In this document: positions 1-11,889 of the stretch, piece after piece
Position numbering within the stretch: position 1 is the stretch's first letter
Layout: each line of letters begins with the position of its first letter
Source of the DNA: a virus
IMG/VR virus record: IMGVR_UViG_3300037755_000305
Location: 96,001-160,000 of that record
Reading direction: 5' to 3' (one strand)
DNA: 64,000 nucleotides
Notes under the pieces: generated by a model
Databases searched by the model: none
The model's input: only the letters and a program-made list of their open reading frames with translations
Told to the model about the DNA's origin: nothing
Made by a program: the position numbers and the translations under genes

Positions 1-68
1 TTTCCATATCATACTTTCGATTGAAATCGGGTTCGTAAGATCCATGTTTACCGCATCGGTATTCGTAG

Positions 69-329
69 TCACTCATCTTTGCAGTCCTCGGATTGTAGGA
101 TTTCATTGGCTTTCTTTAGTGCAACACGCTTCAACTTCTCAGAGGAAATGAATTTTTGTCCCAAGTATAGCTCCCATTCTTCCCCAACGAGGTCGATTCG
201 TACCCTTTTACCTGTTTTTCTACAGACGCCCTCATAGCGCCCAGCACGCAGTCGTCTCATAAGGCGCTGGGGTGCATCTGCTTCGATTTTCCAATTTAGT
301 TCTGCTGCTAGCATTCTATTGTATCCCAA
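69..329 (-). CDS. hypothetical protein (N-terminal LAAELNWK motif)
   Basis: 86-aa ORF co-oriented and closely packed with neighbours; no family motif recognised. Confidence 0.65.
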   Translation of the reverse strand: MGYNRMLAAELNWKIEADAPQRLMRRLRAGRYEGVCRKTGKRVRIDLVGEEWELYLGQKFISSEKLKRVALKKANEILQSEDCKDE

Positions 330-339
330 TTAGAGATAA

Positions 340-588
340 TTACTCGCCGCAGAAGTCTATACCTTGCTGGAGAGCCAGATCTACATAGCTCAGTAGAGCC
401 TTGCCTTCACAACAGCATACTGCTGCGTTGTCTGACATCATAGATCTCAGATTCTCTGACATCCAGCGAATATCTCTACGCCGCGCCGCCGGTACTTTGA
501 CCGCTTCCGCCAGCTTTTCAATCTCTGCCATAAGAGTGTTTCCAGCAGGTCGTGTTTTCCAGTTAATGTCCCTAATGTCCACTTTCAT
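340..588 (-). CDS. hypothetical protein
   Basis: 82-aa ORF with GGAAAGG RBS-like sequence before the ATG; INWK motif. Confidence 0.65.
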   Translation of the reverse strand: MKVDIRDINWKTRPAGNTLMAEIEKLAEAVKVPAARRRDIRWMSENLRSMMSDNAAVCCCEGKALLSYVDLALQQGIDFCGE

Positions 589-598
589 TTCCTTTCCG

Positions 599-635
599 TC
601 TCTGCTACCAAACCGTAGAGCAGTGATTATTACGT
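599..635 (-). promoter_or_regulatory. conserved 37-nt intergenic element, copy 1 (TAATAAT box plus hairpin)
   Basis: minus-strand acgtaataatcactgctctacggtttggtagcagaga; 31/37 identical to 9540-9576. Confidence 0.6.
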
Positions 636-756
636 GGTGTCACAGAAGAGATAAGGTAAGAACCTCAGAATTGTCGATCTTACTCCTGTTCATACAGTCC
701 AGTCTATTCAATAAGTTCTGCTCATACAGTAGATCAGCACTAATCCGATATTTAGT

Positions 757-1314
757 TTAGACTGTCCAGTTTAGTCTAGCTGCAATACCTATATCCAAGG
801 GAATGTTTGTTTTTTCCTCGTCACTGGAAGAGAAAACAACAGTGTCGAAAGTTATCTCTGTTCCCTCAAAATCATCAGCACCAGAATAAGAACTGCCGCA
901 ACCAGGATTCACGTAAGCAATGGTCACATGAGGCTTGTATTCTGGATAGTCAGATTCGTGGTCTACCTCATCCCATAGAAGTTTTTGTAGATCGCCCAAA
1001 TCTTCAGACTCTACAGATATTTTGACGACATCGTAATCATCGTTTTCGAAAATAGACACTTTCCCAAGAGTAGCCCTAATCTGTGGCTTTCCCTGCAACA
1101 AGTCAATTACTTGTTGTGGTGCGTCATCTACAATGCCGTACAAAATGGTTATGTGGGGGTTGTCTTCGCGACCTTGATTTCCATCCTTATCGAAAATTTC
1201 TTCGTCAGGGATGTTCGTTTTTCCCCAATCCATTATCCGCTTAGCTATGTTTTTAGGAATGTTGACCTGCGTAGAGGCGTAATCATAATCCGCCGTTATC
1301 CACCGGAGTTTCAT
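757..1314 (-). CDS. 2H phosphoesterase, Acb1/T4 57B-like
   Basis: two HxT motifs (PHITILYG, YKPHVTIAY); DYPEYKPHVTIAY resembles the Acb1 C-terminal HxT block. Confidence 0.8.
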   Translation of the reverse strand: MKLRWITADYDYASTQVNIPKNIAKRIMDWGKTNIPDEEIFDKDGNQGREDNPHITILYGIVDDAPQQVIDLLQGKPQIRATLGKVSIFENDDYDVVKISVESEDLGDLQKLLWDEVDHESDYPEYKPHVTIAYVNPGCGSSYSGADDFEGTEITFDTVVFSSSDEEKTNIPLDIGIAARLNWTV

Positions 1315-1679
1315 TTTTGTCTCCTACGATCGTGCGGAAAGACATACCGCATCTCAGTTTTCTTTGTAGATACACCTAGAGCTTTCAATATCTTTCGTTT
1401 GGTTCTCAAGTGTGGCGCTCTCCTGCCTTGGGAAATTAAACGTACAGTCCTCCACTCAAGGTTTGCTTCGCGTGCAAGCATTCTAAGAGAGTAACCATTC
1501 TTTACTGTAAGATATCGTACTCGATTAGGGTATGGAGGAACACCTTGTCTCTTGCAATGCGGACAAGGGTCATTCTTGGTGAATACTGGAACATGCCACC
1601 GTAAACAATCGGAGCACTCGATTCCGTGCTCAATTGTTGCGCGGTCCATATAAATCCGTCTTGAACGGTTAAAGGTCAT
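1311..1679 (-). CDS. zinc-ribbon plus XRE/Cro-type HTH DNA-binding protein
   Basis: CSDC...CPHC followed by YSLRMLAREANLEWRTVRLISQG...KILKALGV. Confidence 0.7.
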   Translation of the reverse strand: MTFNRSRRIYMDRATIEHGIECSDCLRWHVPVFTKNDPCPHCKRQGVPPYPNRVRYLTVKNGYSLRMLAREANLEWRTVRLISQGRRAPHLRTKRKILKALGVSTKKTEMRYVFPHDRRRQK

Positions 1680-1749
1680 TTCAATGTCCTACCCTGGGTA
1701 AACTACAGTCCTGAGTAGGAAATAATACCGGATTCTCTATTGGGGTCTT

Positions 1750-2835
1750 TTAGAACCCTGCGGCACGAGGAGCAGCAGGAACGCCAGAAACAGCAAGAGC
1801 GGCTGCGCCTGCTGCTGCGCTGGCCGCGCGAGTCACAACTCTTTGGCTTGCTGCATTTATTGTCGCTCTGGCGGCGGCAGGTACATCTCTGGGAAAGACT
1901 TGCCCGGTTACAACAGCCTGTGTAGAAATCGCAGCGTCCTGAAGAAGTCCAAAAGTTTCACTTCTTTTGTTGGAATAAGTGAAACCTGAGCGATGGTTGT
2001 ACTGCTGTCGAAGAGAAGATCCAGCCAAACTACCGTCCGTTATAGCATCATTGGTAGTTGCAATATTACGTCCAAGTTCGGGAAAAGATTTGTAAACAGT
2101 AAACGAAGCTGTCCATTCATTTACCTGAGCATGGTTTGACGCAGAATCCGTGAACGAAATGCCCGCAGGTTGCCAGAATCCCCATAGAGTAATCTGAGGG
2201 AAAATGAGACTGTTGTAGTTAATGTAGCATAGATTGGCTCTTCCGTCATCGAGGACTTTGATCTCGTCTACCAGACTCATGAACTCGTAGAAGTTGTTAA
2301 GTCCATCAGGCACAACACCACGAGGATTAAGGATACTTCGGGTGGGAAGAATGTTACCGCTTTGAAGTTTGAACGTAAGAACAGGCTCATCAAAATACGT
2401 CTTGCGCACATTGTCGTTCCACGCATGTAGAACTGTACCAGCTTTGGTCTTTTGCTCAACAGAACGCTGTGGCATTGTCCAGCTTACGTCGGAAGGATTA
2501 CACCTAAATTTTATTGACTTAGGTTCACTAATTCGTTCTGCTGGGAACGGATTCACAAAGTCAGACAAATCAGATCCAGCAGCAGCCAAAGTATCCTGGA
2601 AAGGATACTCGGCTTTTGCTGGAGGTTGGGCGATTTGCTGCCAAGAAAGGCAACCCATTTCCCACTCGAAATCAGTTCGATTCTCGGTAAGTCCTGCATT
2701 GGGGAAAAGACCCCCTCCGAGACCTGTGCTGCCAGCCAGGGCAAACACAGGATTCCCGGAGGTTTTGGGGCTTCGAAGGAGACCTGGGCCGTTTTTCGGA
2801 TCAACTACGTTAGAAATGTATTCGAATCCGGCCAT
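1750..2835 (-). CDS. putative baseplate/tail-tube-associated structural protein
   Basis: 361 aa; FRCNPSDVSWT...EQKTKAG segment resembles contractile-tail tube/baseplate initiator-type proteins (recollection, not searched). Confidence 0.45.
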   Translation of the reverse strand: MAGFEYISNVVDPKNGPGLLRSPKTSGNPVFALAGSTGLGGGLFPNAGLTENRTDFEWEMGCLSWQQIAQPPAKAEYPFQDTLAAAGSDLSDFVNPFPAERISEPKSIKFRCNPSDVSWTMPQRSVEQKTKAGTVLHAWNDNVRKTYFDEPVLTFKLQSGNILPTRSILNPRGVVPDGLNNFYEFMSLVDEIKVLDDGRANLCYINYNSLIFPQITLWGFWQPAGISFTDSASNHAQVNEWTASFTVYKSFPELGRNIATTNDAITDGSLAGSSLRQQYNHRSGFTYSNKRSETFGLLQDAAISTQAVVTGQVFPRDVPAAARATINAASQRVVTRAASAAAGAAALAVSGVPAAPRAAGF

Positions 2836-2852
2836 ATTGTTCTCCGTCCCTG

Positions 2853-3554
2853 TTAGACTTCCTGTTGTGCCCTCGCTGCCTCAATCTGGGCGGGATCTTC
2901 GGGCGGTTCGAAACCGTCTTCTACCACGTCAGATTCCACCTTGGCGGAAATTTCTGACAAACACGCGAGAGCGAACCGCTTTAGCGGTCCATCACTATCT
3001 GTCTGAGAGATAATATAGGTAAGATCGTGACTGGAAAGCTCACCCTGCATGATGCGGAATTCCGCTACTGCGTCTCGCTCCGTGATATCTTTAGATTCGA
3101 CTCGAAGAATGGTAGACTTAACGCGATTGTTCACAGGATCGGACATGCCTTCGGGACCCTGCGGGTTCAAGGGGTTTGCTGCGGGGGTGTACTGATTTTC
3201 CAACGTAAGAGTTCGCTGGGTGGCTTCCGCCTTGTTGGAGAAATCCGAAAGATTCAGGCGTCTGGCCTCTTCAGCGGCGTCCGTAGTCTTCAGTTCCGCG
3301 AGAGCCTCGTTTGGGTCAACGAGAGCCAGAATTCCCTTGTTAAGGAACTGGCGAAGTTCATTGCTCTGTGTGATGATATCAGGAGACAGGGTGTCCGTCA
3401 AGCAAATGGGAATCCACGTTCGGGGAATGTTACGCGGCACAGCCTTACCGTGAGCAGTAACGAACGTCAGCACGATGTGGCCCATCGGGCGGGACGTATT
3501 CTTGACGTAGATTTTCTTTCCGTCATTAAGTAGTGAGTCAAGATCGAGCGACAT
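2853..3554 (-). CDS. hypothetical protein, probably virion-associated
   Basis: 233-aa ORF in the late operon with an AGGAG RBS. Confidence 0.7.
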   Translation of the reverse strand: MSLDLDSLLNDGKKIYVKNTSRPMGHIVLTFVTAHGKAVPRNIPRTWIPICLTDTLSPDIITQSNELRQFLNKGILALVDPNEALAELKTTDAAEEARRLNLSDFSNKAEATQRTLTLENQYTPAANPLNPQGPEGMSDPVNNRVKSTILRVESKDITERDAVAEFRIMQGELSSHDLTYIISQTDSDGPLKRFALACLSEISAKVESDVVEDGFEPPEDPAQIEAARAQQEV

Positions 3555-4193
3555 TTAGTTCTCCTGAGGTGTGAAGTCTTGGTGCAACAATTTGAACGTA
3601 AACTCCAACACAGCCTTGTTTGTTAGTGAGACCGCAACTCCGGTCTGTTTGTTTCGTCGTGTAAGAGACTGTAGTCCCTTTAGCAAAGTTACTTTTGTGA
3701 GCTGATTCCACATCCACAAAAGTTCAGCTTCAGCGTGCGCCATCCCAAGTTCTCCCGGTACCTCCGGGACTTGTAGGGATTTGAGTGTTTCTTCGGCCCT
3801 GAAGATTGGCGCACCGTAGATCTCTATTTCGAAATCTGCGGACTCTCCTGGGATTGTCTTCGCGATTGTCGTCTTGGGCAAGAAAGGGAGAGACTCCATC
3901 CATGCTGCACTCACCGGCTCCAGATTCGTGATGAGAAAATTCTGTGGATTTCCATCCACAATGTTTACCCCCTCTGCTGGTGCTCCAGTATAGACGCATG
4001 TTTTTTCTCCATGGAAATGATCCACAATGGTAGCCACATCAATCGGCTGCGGCTTTCCATCCCCACCAACAAGTCGGGGGTAGCTCGGGCTCATGACGCC
4101 AGCAGGCAAACCGTTGATTGTAAACCCGCCGCCTTCAATCCCCTGCGGATCGAATATAAGAGATTTGTAGTTCATAGGTATTGTGCTAATCAT
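3555..4193 (-). CDS. hypothetical protein
   Basis: start placed at the ATG overlapping the upstream TGA (ATGA coupling at 4190-4193). Confidence 0.65.
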   Translation of the reverse strand: MISTIPMNYKSLIFDPQGIEGGGFTINGLPAGVMSPSYPRLVGGDGKPQPIDVATIVDHFHGEKTCVYTGAPAEGVNIVDGNPQNFLITNLEPVSAAWMESLPFLPKTTIAKTIPGESADFEIEIYGAPIFRAEETLKSLQVPEVPGELGMAHAEAELLWMWNQLTKVTLLKGLQSLTRRNKQTGVAVSLTNKAVLEFTFKLLHQDFTPQEN

Positions 4194-7006
4194 AAAAGAA
4201 TCTCCTTGACGTATTTCCATACCAATTCCGGGGTGTTAGCAACTACGCAGCTATTTATAGTATTCTTCGGATACTCCTCTTCCGGTAGCGTAGTTATTGG
4301 GTGTGATACTAAGTTAGAACACGGGGGCTTCGGGTGGGCGCTCATGTGGTTGTATTCTCTGTAACATGGCTGACAGGACTTTGTGGGTCCGCCATTGCCC
4401 ATATCTCTAGTCCAAAGCCCTCCGTTCACCAGATTGATGTTCTGATCGTAACCAGAGCCGCAAGGATGCGTGGAGCCCCAGAGAATCACAGATTTCTTAG
4501 CAACTGCCTGAGAGGTGTGGTTGAAAATAGAGTCTCCACCAATGAAGAGTACAGAAAACCGCTGTACGGCAGCGGCGTGCTTGATCGAGGGCGTATCCAA
4601 GCGCTCGGCACCCGGAACAAGAGGTTCACTTGGAGTACCGATCTGTACTACTTCATAGCCAGCTTCCTTGATGCGACCCACAAGATCTTCCCATGCGTCG
4701 ATAGGCCAATTCTTTAGAGGAGACCAGCCAGCCCGAGTGTGGATTACGACTTTACCTGTACCATGTATAGCACCGTAATCAAGGTGTTCCTGCCTGAACC
4801 CGATAGATAGATCCGTAGATACGGGAACCCCAGCGTCTTCACAGAAGAAGTGCGCCAAATGCTGTCTCATAGGCTTCTCAGGATACTGCTCTTTTAGGGG
4901 ATACTGGAAAGCCACAACCTTGTCTGCCTTAGGTAGGTCTTCCGTCCGCTTCAAAATCTCTTGCCAGTTGTTCTCCTCTACTGTAACTATCTCGTCAACG
5001 TAGGGATTATCTTCGATAGCGGAAATTGAACTAGGGTGGCACACATATCGAACATGGTACCCCTGTTGCTTTAGACCTTTGCACGCTGCCGTGGACATTA
5101 GGATGTCGCCCAAAGCACCTGGACGCATGACTTGTGCAACTTTCTGTGTAGGGGACCCGGAGCGTTCCTGTCCGCGTCCGGAACGCAAAGCGGTAAGGCG
5201 CGCCTCCCAATCTTTGTCTGGTCCACCAATTCTTTGGGCCGCAGCTTCACCAAACTGGATAGCCTTGTCAATTTCCCCAAGATGCTCCCAGCACCAGCTA
5301 ATCAATCGGAACGGTTGGTCCTTGTAAGCTCCCGTATTCAAGAACATCAATGTGTTTGGCATTGTCTGAGAAGCCGCCTGTACCGCCCAAGATATACAAG
5401 CTTTGTAGTCTTTCTGTATATATTTCAGCCTAGCAATGGCCAAATAGGGTTCAGCCCAGTGGGAATTGGTAGCCAAAGCGTTGCAGTATGAACGTAGAGC
5501 TTCCGGCAATTTTCCTAGATTTTGATTACAGTACCCCTGATACATCCAGGCCCAAAATCGTTCATCGTGCCAACCAAGATTCTCGTCTAGATACACTTGG
5601 TAACGCTCCAAAGCCTCTTCGTTGCGCCCTCCCTCACGAAGACCGTTACCCAAGTAAAATAGGGTGCGTCCCTTATCGTCGTGGGTTCCAGGGCAATACG
5701 AACAAGGTTGAGGACCTGCGGCCTCGGCTTCCAACAAAATGCGAATATTTCGCCCTGCGGCGTCCTTAGGTTTAGGCAAATGTCGAAGAGTTATATCGTC
5801 ACACTTCAACTTCATGCCCTGGTAGCCACCCAGTGAAACATACTCGTGACATTTATCGTGAAAATGCGGCTTGAAAATTTCGCCCTTGTGGTTTGGACGG
5901 GCTTCGTTTCGCCAAAGTCGAAGATGGAAGAAAGTATCGCCTCCGTATATTAGCCTCCAATCCTGGGGATGGTCCGGTTTCTCGTCTAAAAGAGCTAAGA
6001 TCTTGGCGGGGGCGTCCCCAGATAGAACATCATCACAATCCATCCAAGCTACGTGAGTTCCTGTACATGCCATGACAGCTTCGTTCTTGGCTCGGGCGAA
6101 GTTATCGTCCCAAAACCCTTCGATGATTTTTGTCTTGATACCTGTACGATCTCCGAACGCTTTGATGATATCGGGGGTAGAGTCGTCGCAGTTGTTTAGA
6201 TAAACGACAATCTCCCAAGCTAGTGGCTCGATACTATCGAGCATTCTTCCAATGACCTCTTCCTCGTTGCAGGATACAACGGCAAAACTGATGCGAACAT
6301 CTTCTGCAATACGGCATTGCCAGTCTATTTGTCCTACCTCCGGCTGTTCCCATTCGTCAAAAATGCGAAGCCCCTCCTGCTTCGCTAGTCTGTGGAAAGA
6401 TGCTTTGGAGAGAAGAATTGGATGAACTTGGTAGTGCTCATCCGTGAGGTGAATGTCGATCCCCTCTGTATTGACTTCCGGTGTTCTAATGTATAGGACA
6501 CCTTTGTCCGACAACAATGTGCGAATCTTATGCAACGCAGCGGCAGGATCAGCAAAGTGCTCAATACAGTGAACGAGGGTGATAAGGTCAAACTTCTTGT
6601 CGCCAAAATCGTGCTCAAGAAAGTTGTCGATAATCATCGGGACGCCCAGCTCGTGCCCAAACTCAATAGCCTCTGGAAAACCGTCAATCCCTACAACTTC
6701 ATCGACACCCAAATCTTTGAAACACTTCAAAAGATAGGGGTACTTGGAGCCAACGTCCAGCACAGATTTAGGCTTATGGGCGCGAGTTAGCCTTGCGGCC
6801 AAGTCCTGATTCAGGAGACAGGCAACCTCAGTCATAGCCTCCCGTCCCGTTTGGGGCTGGAGATCAGATTCATACCTGAAAACAGGCGGCGGATACTGTG
6901 CCCATAGGCCACAGGTATTGCAGGATAGGTAGGGGGTCAGGCCAGCCGTGGAGCTTTCAGTGCTGGAGAATTCCCCGCCACCGCAAACGGGGCAGATACT
7001 TGGCAT
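4190..7006 (-). CDS. multidomain Zn-ribbon/SAM methyltransferase + GT2 glycosyltransferase + TPR + GT9-like glycosyltransferase
   Basis: CPVC..CNTC; VLDVGS..FDLITLVHCIEH (class I MTase); CNEEEVIGRMLDSI..NFARAKN..WMDCDD (GT2 DxD); TPR helices; RPGALGDIL..KNWP..FIGGDS..H..AV..ILWGST (GT9). Confidence 0.85.
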   Translation of the reverse strand: MPSICPVCGGGEFSSTESSTAGLTPYLSCNTCGLWAQYPPPVFRYESDLQPQTGREAMTEVACLLNQDLAARLTRAHKPKSVLDVGSKYPYLLKCFKDLGVDEVVGIDGFPEAIEFGHELGVPMIIDNFLEHDFGDKKFDLITLVHCIEHFADPAAALHKIRTLLSDKGVLYIRTPEVNTEGIDIHLTDEHYQVHPILLSKASFHRLAKQEGLRIFDEWEQPEVGQIDWQCRIAEDVRISFAVVSCNEEEVIGRMLDSIEPLAWEIVVYLNNCDDSTPDIIKAFGDRTGIKTKIIEGFWDDNFARAKNEAVMACTGTHVAWMDCDDVLSGDAPAKILALLDEKPDHPQDWRLIYGGDTFFHLRLWRNEARPNHKGEIFKPHFHDKCHEYVSLGGYQGMKLKCDDITLRHLPKPKDAAGRNIRILLEAEAAGPQPCSYCPGTHDDKGRTLFYLGNGLREGGRNEEALERYQVYLDENLGWHDERFWAWMYQGYCNQNLGKLPEALRSYCNALATNSHWAEPYLAIARLKYIQKDYKACISWAVQAASQTMPNTLMFLNTGAYKDQPFRLISWCWEHLGEIDKAIQFGEAAAQRIGGPDKDWEARLTALRSGRGQERSGSPTQKVAQVMRPGALGDILMSTAACKGLKQQGYHVRYVCHPSSISAIEDNPYVDEIVTVEENNWQEILKRTEDLPKADKVVAFQYPLKEQYPEKPMRQHLAHFFCEDAGVPVSTDLSIGFRQEHLDYGAIHGTGKVVIHTRAGWSPLKNWPIDAWEDLVGRIKEAGYEVVQIGTPSEPLVPGAERLDTPSIKHAAAVQRFSVLFIGGDSIFNHTSQAVAKKSVILWGSTHPCGSGYDQNINLVNGGLWTRDMGNGGPTKSCQPCYREYNHMSAHPKPPCSNLVSHPITTLPEEEYPKNTINSCVVANTPELVWKYVKEILL

Positions 7007-7031
7007 GAAAGTTCTTTAGTGTAGTTGGGCT

Positions 7032-7571
7032 TTATGGGGCGGTGTAATCCGCAATATCTGAGGGCGTCATCGGTGGTCCTGTGGGTCCCTCGGTTACGAT
7101 GAGAATTCCACGCGAGATGTAATCCTGTAAATTAGCCCGGAATTGCATCCCAACAGGCTCCTTTAGAGCCGTCTCAAATACGTCGCTTTGAAGCGAAATT
7201 CCCGCCACCCCAACATCAAGACCGTAAGAAGGATCAAATTCCGCCTGAGCGGGGTCCCAGGCGCTACCTCCACGAACAATCGAAGATCCGCTCGTGGGGG
7301 ACACATGTACAACAAGATCTCTAACAGTAGATGTGGGCTCTGGCGGCTCAAAAGCGCCCGTGGCCCCTTCTGCCAGTGGAAAAGTACCATTCTCTAGTAT
7401 ATTTGAGGACCCAGAAAGTCGCGGAGCGCTGGCTATATAGCCTGGACCGGCACTAGAAAGGCGCGTCTCGTGGTTCTTAGGATAAATGTTTGGCGTTTCC
7501 TTGGATGCGAATTTAGCCAACGGTCCGTTTGGTTCATAAGCCGCAGGATCAATCACGATTTCGATTGCCAT
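7032..7571 (-). CDS. hypothetical structural protein, paralog of 58025-58534
   Basis: C-terminus FETAL...QFRANLQDYISRGIL...MTPSDIADYTAP aligns with the 58 kb gene. Confidence 0.7.
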   Translation of the reverse strand: MAIEIVIDPAAYEPNGPLAKFASKETPNIYPKNHETRLSSAGPGYIASAPRLSGSSNILENGTFPLAEGATGAFEPPEPTSTVRDLVVHVSPTSGSSIVRGGSAWDPAQAEFDPSYGLDVGVAGISLQSDVFETALKEPVGMQFRANLQDYISRGILIVTEGPTGPPMTPSDIADYTAP

Positions 7572-7587
7572 TTAAGTCCCCTTGTCG

Positions 7588-9486
7588 CTAGATTGCCAGC
7601 GATTCACCGATATCTGTATAGATAATCATGGCCTGTGTCCAACTGGCACTCGGGCTAACCTCTCGTGCCTGTATATTGACGACGCAATTGGCTGCCGGTA
7701 CATTCAGCCAAAAGAAGTTCCAGCACGAGAACGGTTCGTCGCCTCCGCGACGGGTAGAATTGAAAGAGCTAAGACCGAAAGTGTTGAAACCGCCACCAGA
7801 ATCTAGTTGCATTTGTTGTTCAATACTCACACTATCATCTCCATCAGCAACATAATTACCTTGCCCGATGATTAGAACACGGGACGAAGAAGAGCGCCCA
7901 GCGAAATTCAAATTGATTGTGTGCATGGTCTGGAACGTATTTACCAACGCAGTGCTTCCAGAGGCACTACTAGAGTTTCCTCCAAGCTGTACAGTGTTTG
8001 GAAAACCGTTCAAAGCTGGCATAAACAGAGAAGGGTTAGCAGCTTGCAGGTTTGCTGCCCAGTCTATAGCGTCTTCTCCGCCAATACTGTGTCGAGCGGA
8101 ATGCGCATGAATATCCATCGGGTCAGCATTATTTTTCTCAAAACGAGTAGCTGCACTTAGATCTACAACATGATTTGGACGAAATGTAACATGCGGAGTA
8201 CCATCTGGAACATATTGCAAGAACAAAGTATTATCGGGCGGCTTACATAGTAACCACTGTTCGTTGCCACGATCTGCGAACACAAAATGAGAATGTTGAG
8301 CAGCGGCCTGACCAGAGTCGATTGTGACTGTAGTGTCCGCGTCTGCATTATTATCAATACGCAGATCATTACCTTGGATTCTCGCACTCCCCAAAACATG
8401 CAATTTGTTTGCAGGAGTTGCAGTGCCTATACCAACACGACCCGAAGCGTCGATTACTAGAGAAGACGCTGTAGCAGTCTTGTTCATCGACATTACTGTA
8501 TTTCCAGTAGCGTTAGACTGCCAATACAAGTTGTTGCTGGTGTTCTTTCCTGCGGTCCATGCTGGATTTCCGCGATCAAGATACACAAGATTTGTTATCT
8601 GGGCGGAGGCAAGTCCAGAATCCATGACGATGTTCAAAGTAGCATCGGCATTGTTCTCAATAAAGCGAGATCCGTCTGCCAAGAAGTAGATTGTGTGGTC
8701 GTCAGACAGCAGCCCAGTCAACCCACTATGTACTGTGACTGCTCCGGTCGGTCCTTGAACGCCTGTGCTTCCAGTATTACCCGTTCCGCCGGTATTTCCG
8801 GTAGGAGCACCAGCCGGACCCACAGGTCCAGTGGGCCCGACAACACCATTGAAACCTGTTGGACCTATAGCGCCAGGGTGTCCTGTCTCTCCCTGAATAC
8901 CTTGAGTTCCGGGAGCACCTTGTATTCCTGTGGGACCTGTTGCACCAGGAATACCCAAAGAGCCTGTGGGACCCGTTGCACCAGTAGACCCAGAAGTTGC
9001 CCCCGTGGGACCTACTAGTCCAACGCCCGTGGGACCTGTGGAGCCCGTTTTTCCTACAATACCCTGTATGCCCGTGGGTCCCTGAGACCCCGTAGGTCCG
9101 GACGGCCCAGTGGTACCGGTGAGTCCAGTCTTACCCTGTACACCAATTCCTTGAGGGCCAGGGACGCCTGTAAGACCAGTGGGCCCCGTAATTGAGTAAC
9201 CCTGGACTCCAATGGGACCTGTTTTTCCTTGGATGCCTTGAGGTCCTGTAGAGCCTATATTACCAGCAGGACCAGTGCTACCAGATGGGCCTGTGGTACC
9301 GGTCGGTCCTGTAATGGACGCGCCCGGAGCGCCAGTTACACCGGCAGCACCCGTGGCACCAGTAGTACCTGTCTGTCCGGCTCCAGACGCACCTTGGAGT
9401 CCAGCACCAGTTAAGCCAGTGGCCCCAGTGCCGCCTGTTGCGCCTGTGGGTCCTGTTTCGCCTGTGGGTCCTGTAATATCGGCCAT
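7588..9486 (-). CDS. collagen-like (G-X-T) fibre protein 5
   Basis: ~250 aa of GXT triplets, DDHxxY junction motif, VGIGT..P..KLHV repeat; start placed at ATG 9486 after GAAGG. Confidence 0.85.
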   Translation of the reverse strand: MADITGPTGETGPTGATGGTGATGLTGAGLQGASGAGQTGTTGATGAAGVTGAPGASITGPTGTTGPSGSTGPAGNIGSTGPQGIQGKTGPIGVQGYSITGPTGLTGVPGPQGIGVQGKTGLTGTTGPSGPTGSQGPTGIQGIVGKTGSTGPTGVGLVGPTGATSGSTGATGPTGSLGIPGATGPTGIQGAPGTQGIQGETGHPGAIGPTGFNGVVGPTGPVGPAGAPTGNTGGTGNTGSTGVQGPTGAVTVHSGLTGLLSDDHTIYFLADGSRFIENNADATLNIVMDSGLASAQITNLVYLDRGNPAWTAGKNTSNNLYWQSNATGNTVMSMNKTATASSLVIDASGRVGIGTATPANKLHVLGSARIQGNDLRIDNNADADTTVTIDSGQAAAQHSHFVFADRGNEQWLLCKPPDNTLFLQYVPDGTPHVTFRPNHVVDLSAATRFEKNNADPMDIHAHSARHSIGGEDAIDWAANLQAANPSLFMPALNGFPNTVQLGGNSSSASGSTALVNTFQTMHTINLNFAGRSSSSRVLIIGQGNYVADGDDSVSIEQQMQLDSGGGFNTFGLSSFNSTRRGGDEPFSCWNFFWLNVPAANCVVNIQAREVSPSASWTQAMIIYTDIGESLAI

Positions 9487-9539
9487 TTGTACCTTCGTCT
9501 GCCAGTGGTGGTGCAACTTTGCACTGTATTCGTATATAA

Positions 9540-9576
9540 TCTCTGCTACTAGCCCGCAGAGCAGGGATTATCACGT
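9540..9576 (-). promoter_or_regulatory. conserved 37-nt intergenic element, copy 2
   Basis: minus-strand acgtgataatccctgctctgcgggctagtagcagaga; matches 599-635. Confidence 0.6.
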
Positions 9577-9594
9577 CATGTTGTCTAATGACAT

Positions 9595-11888
<2,294 letters not shown>

Positions 11889-11889
<1 letters not shown>

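Noticed and set aside
401-760. 119-aa plus-strand ORF and similar short antisense ORFs opposite core genes
   Set aside because: They oppose well-supported minus-strand operon genes and lack RBS or motif support.
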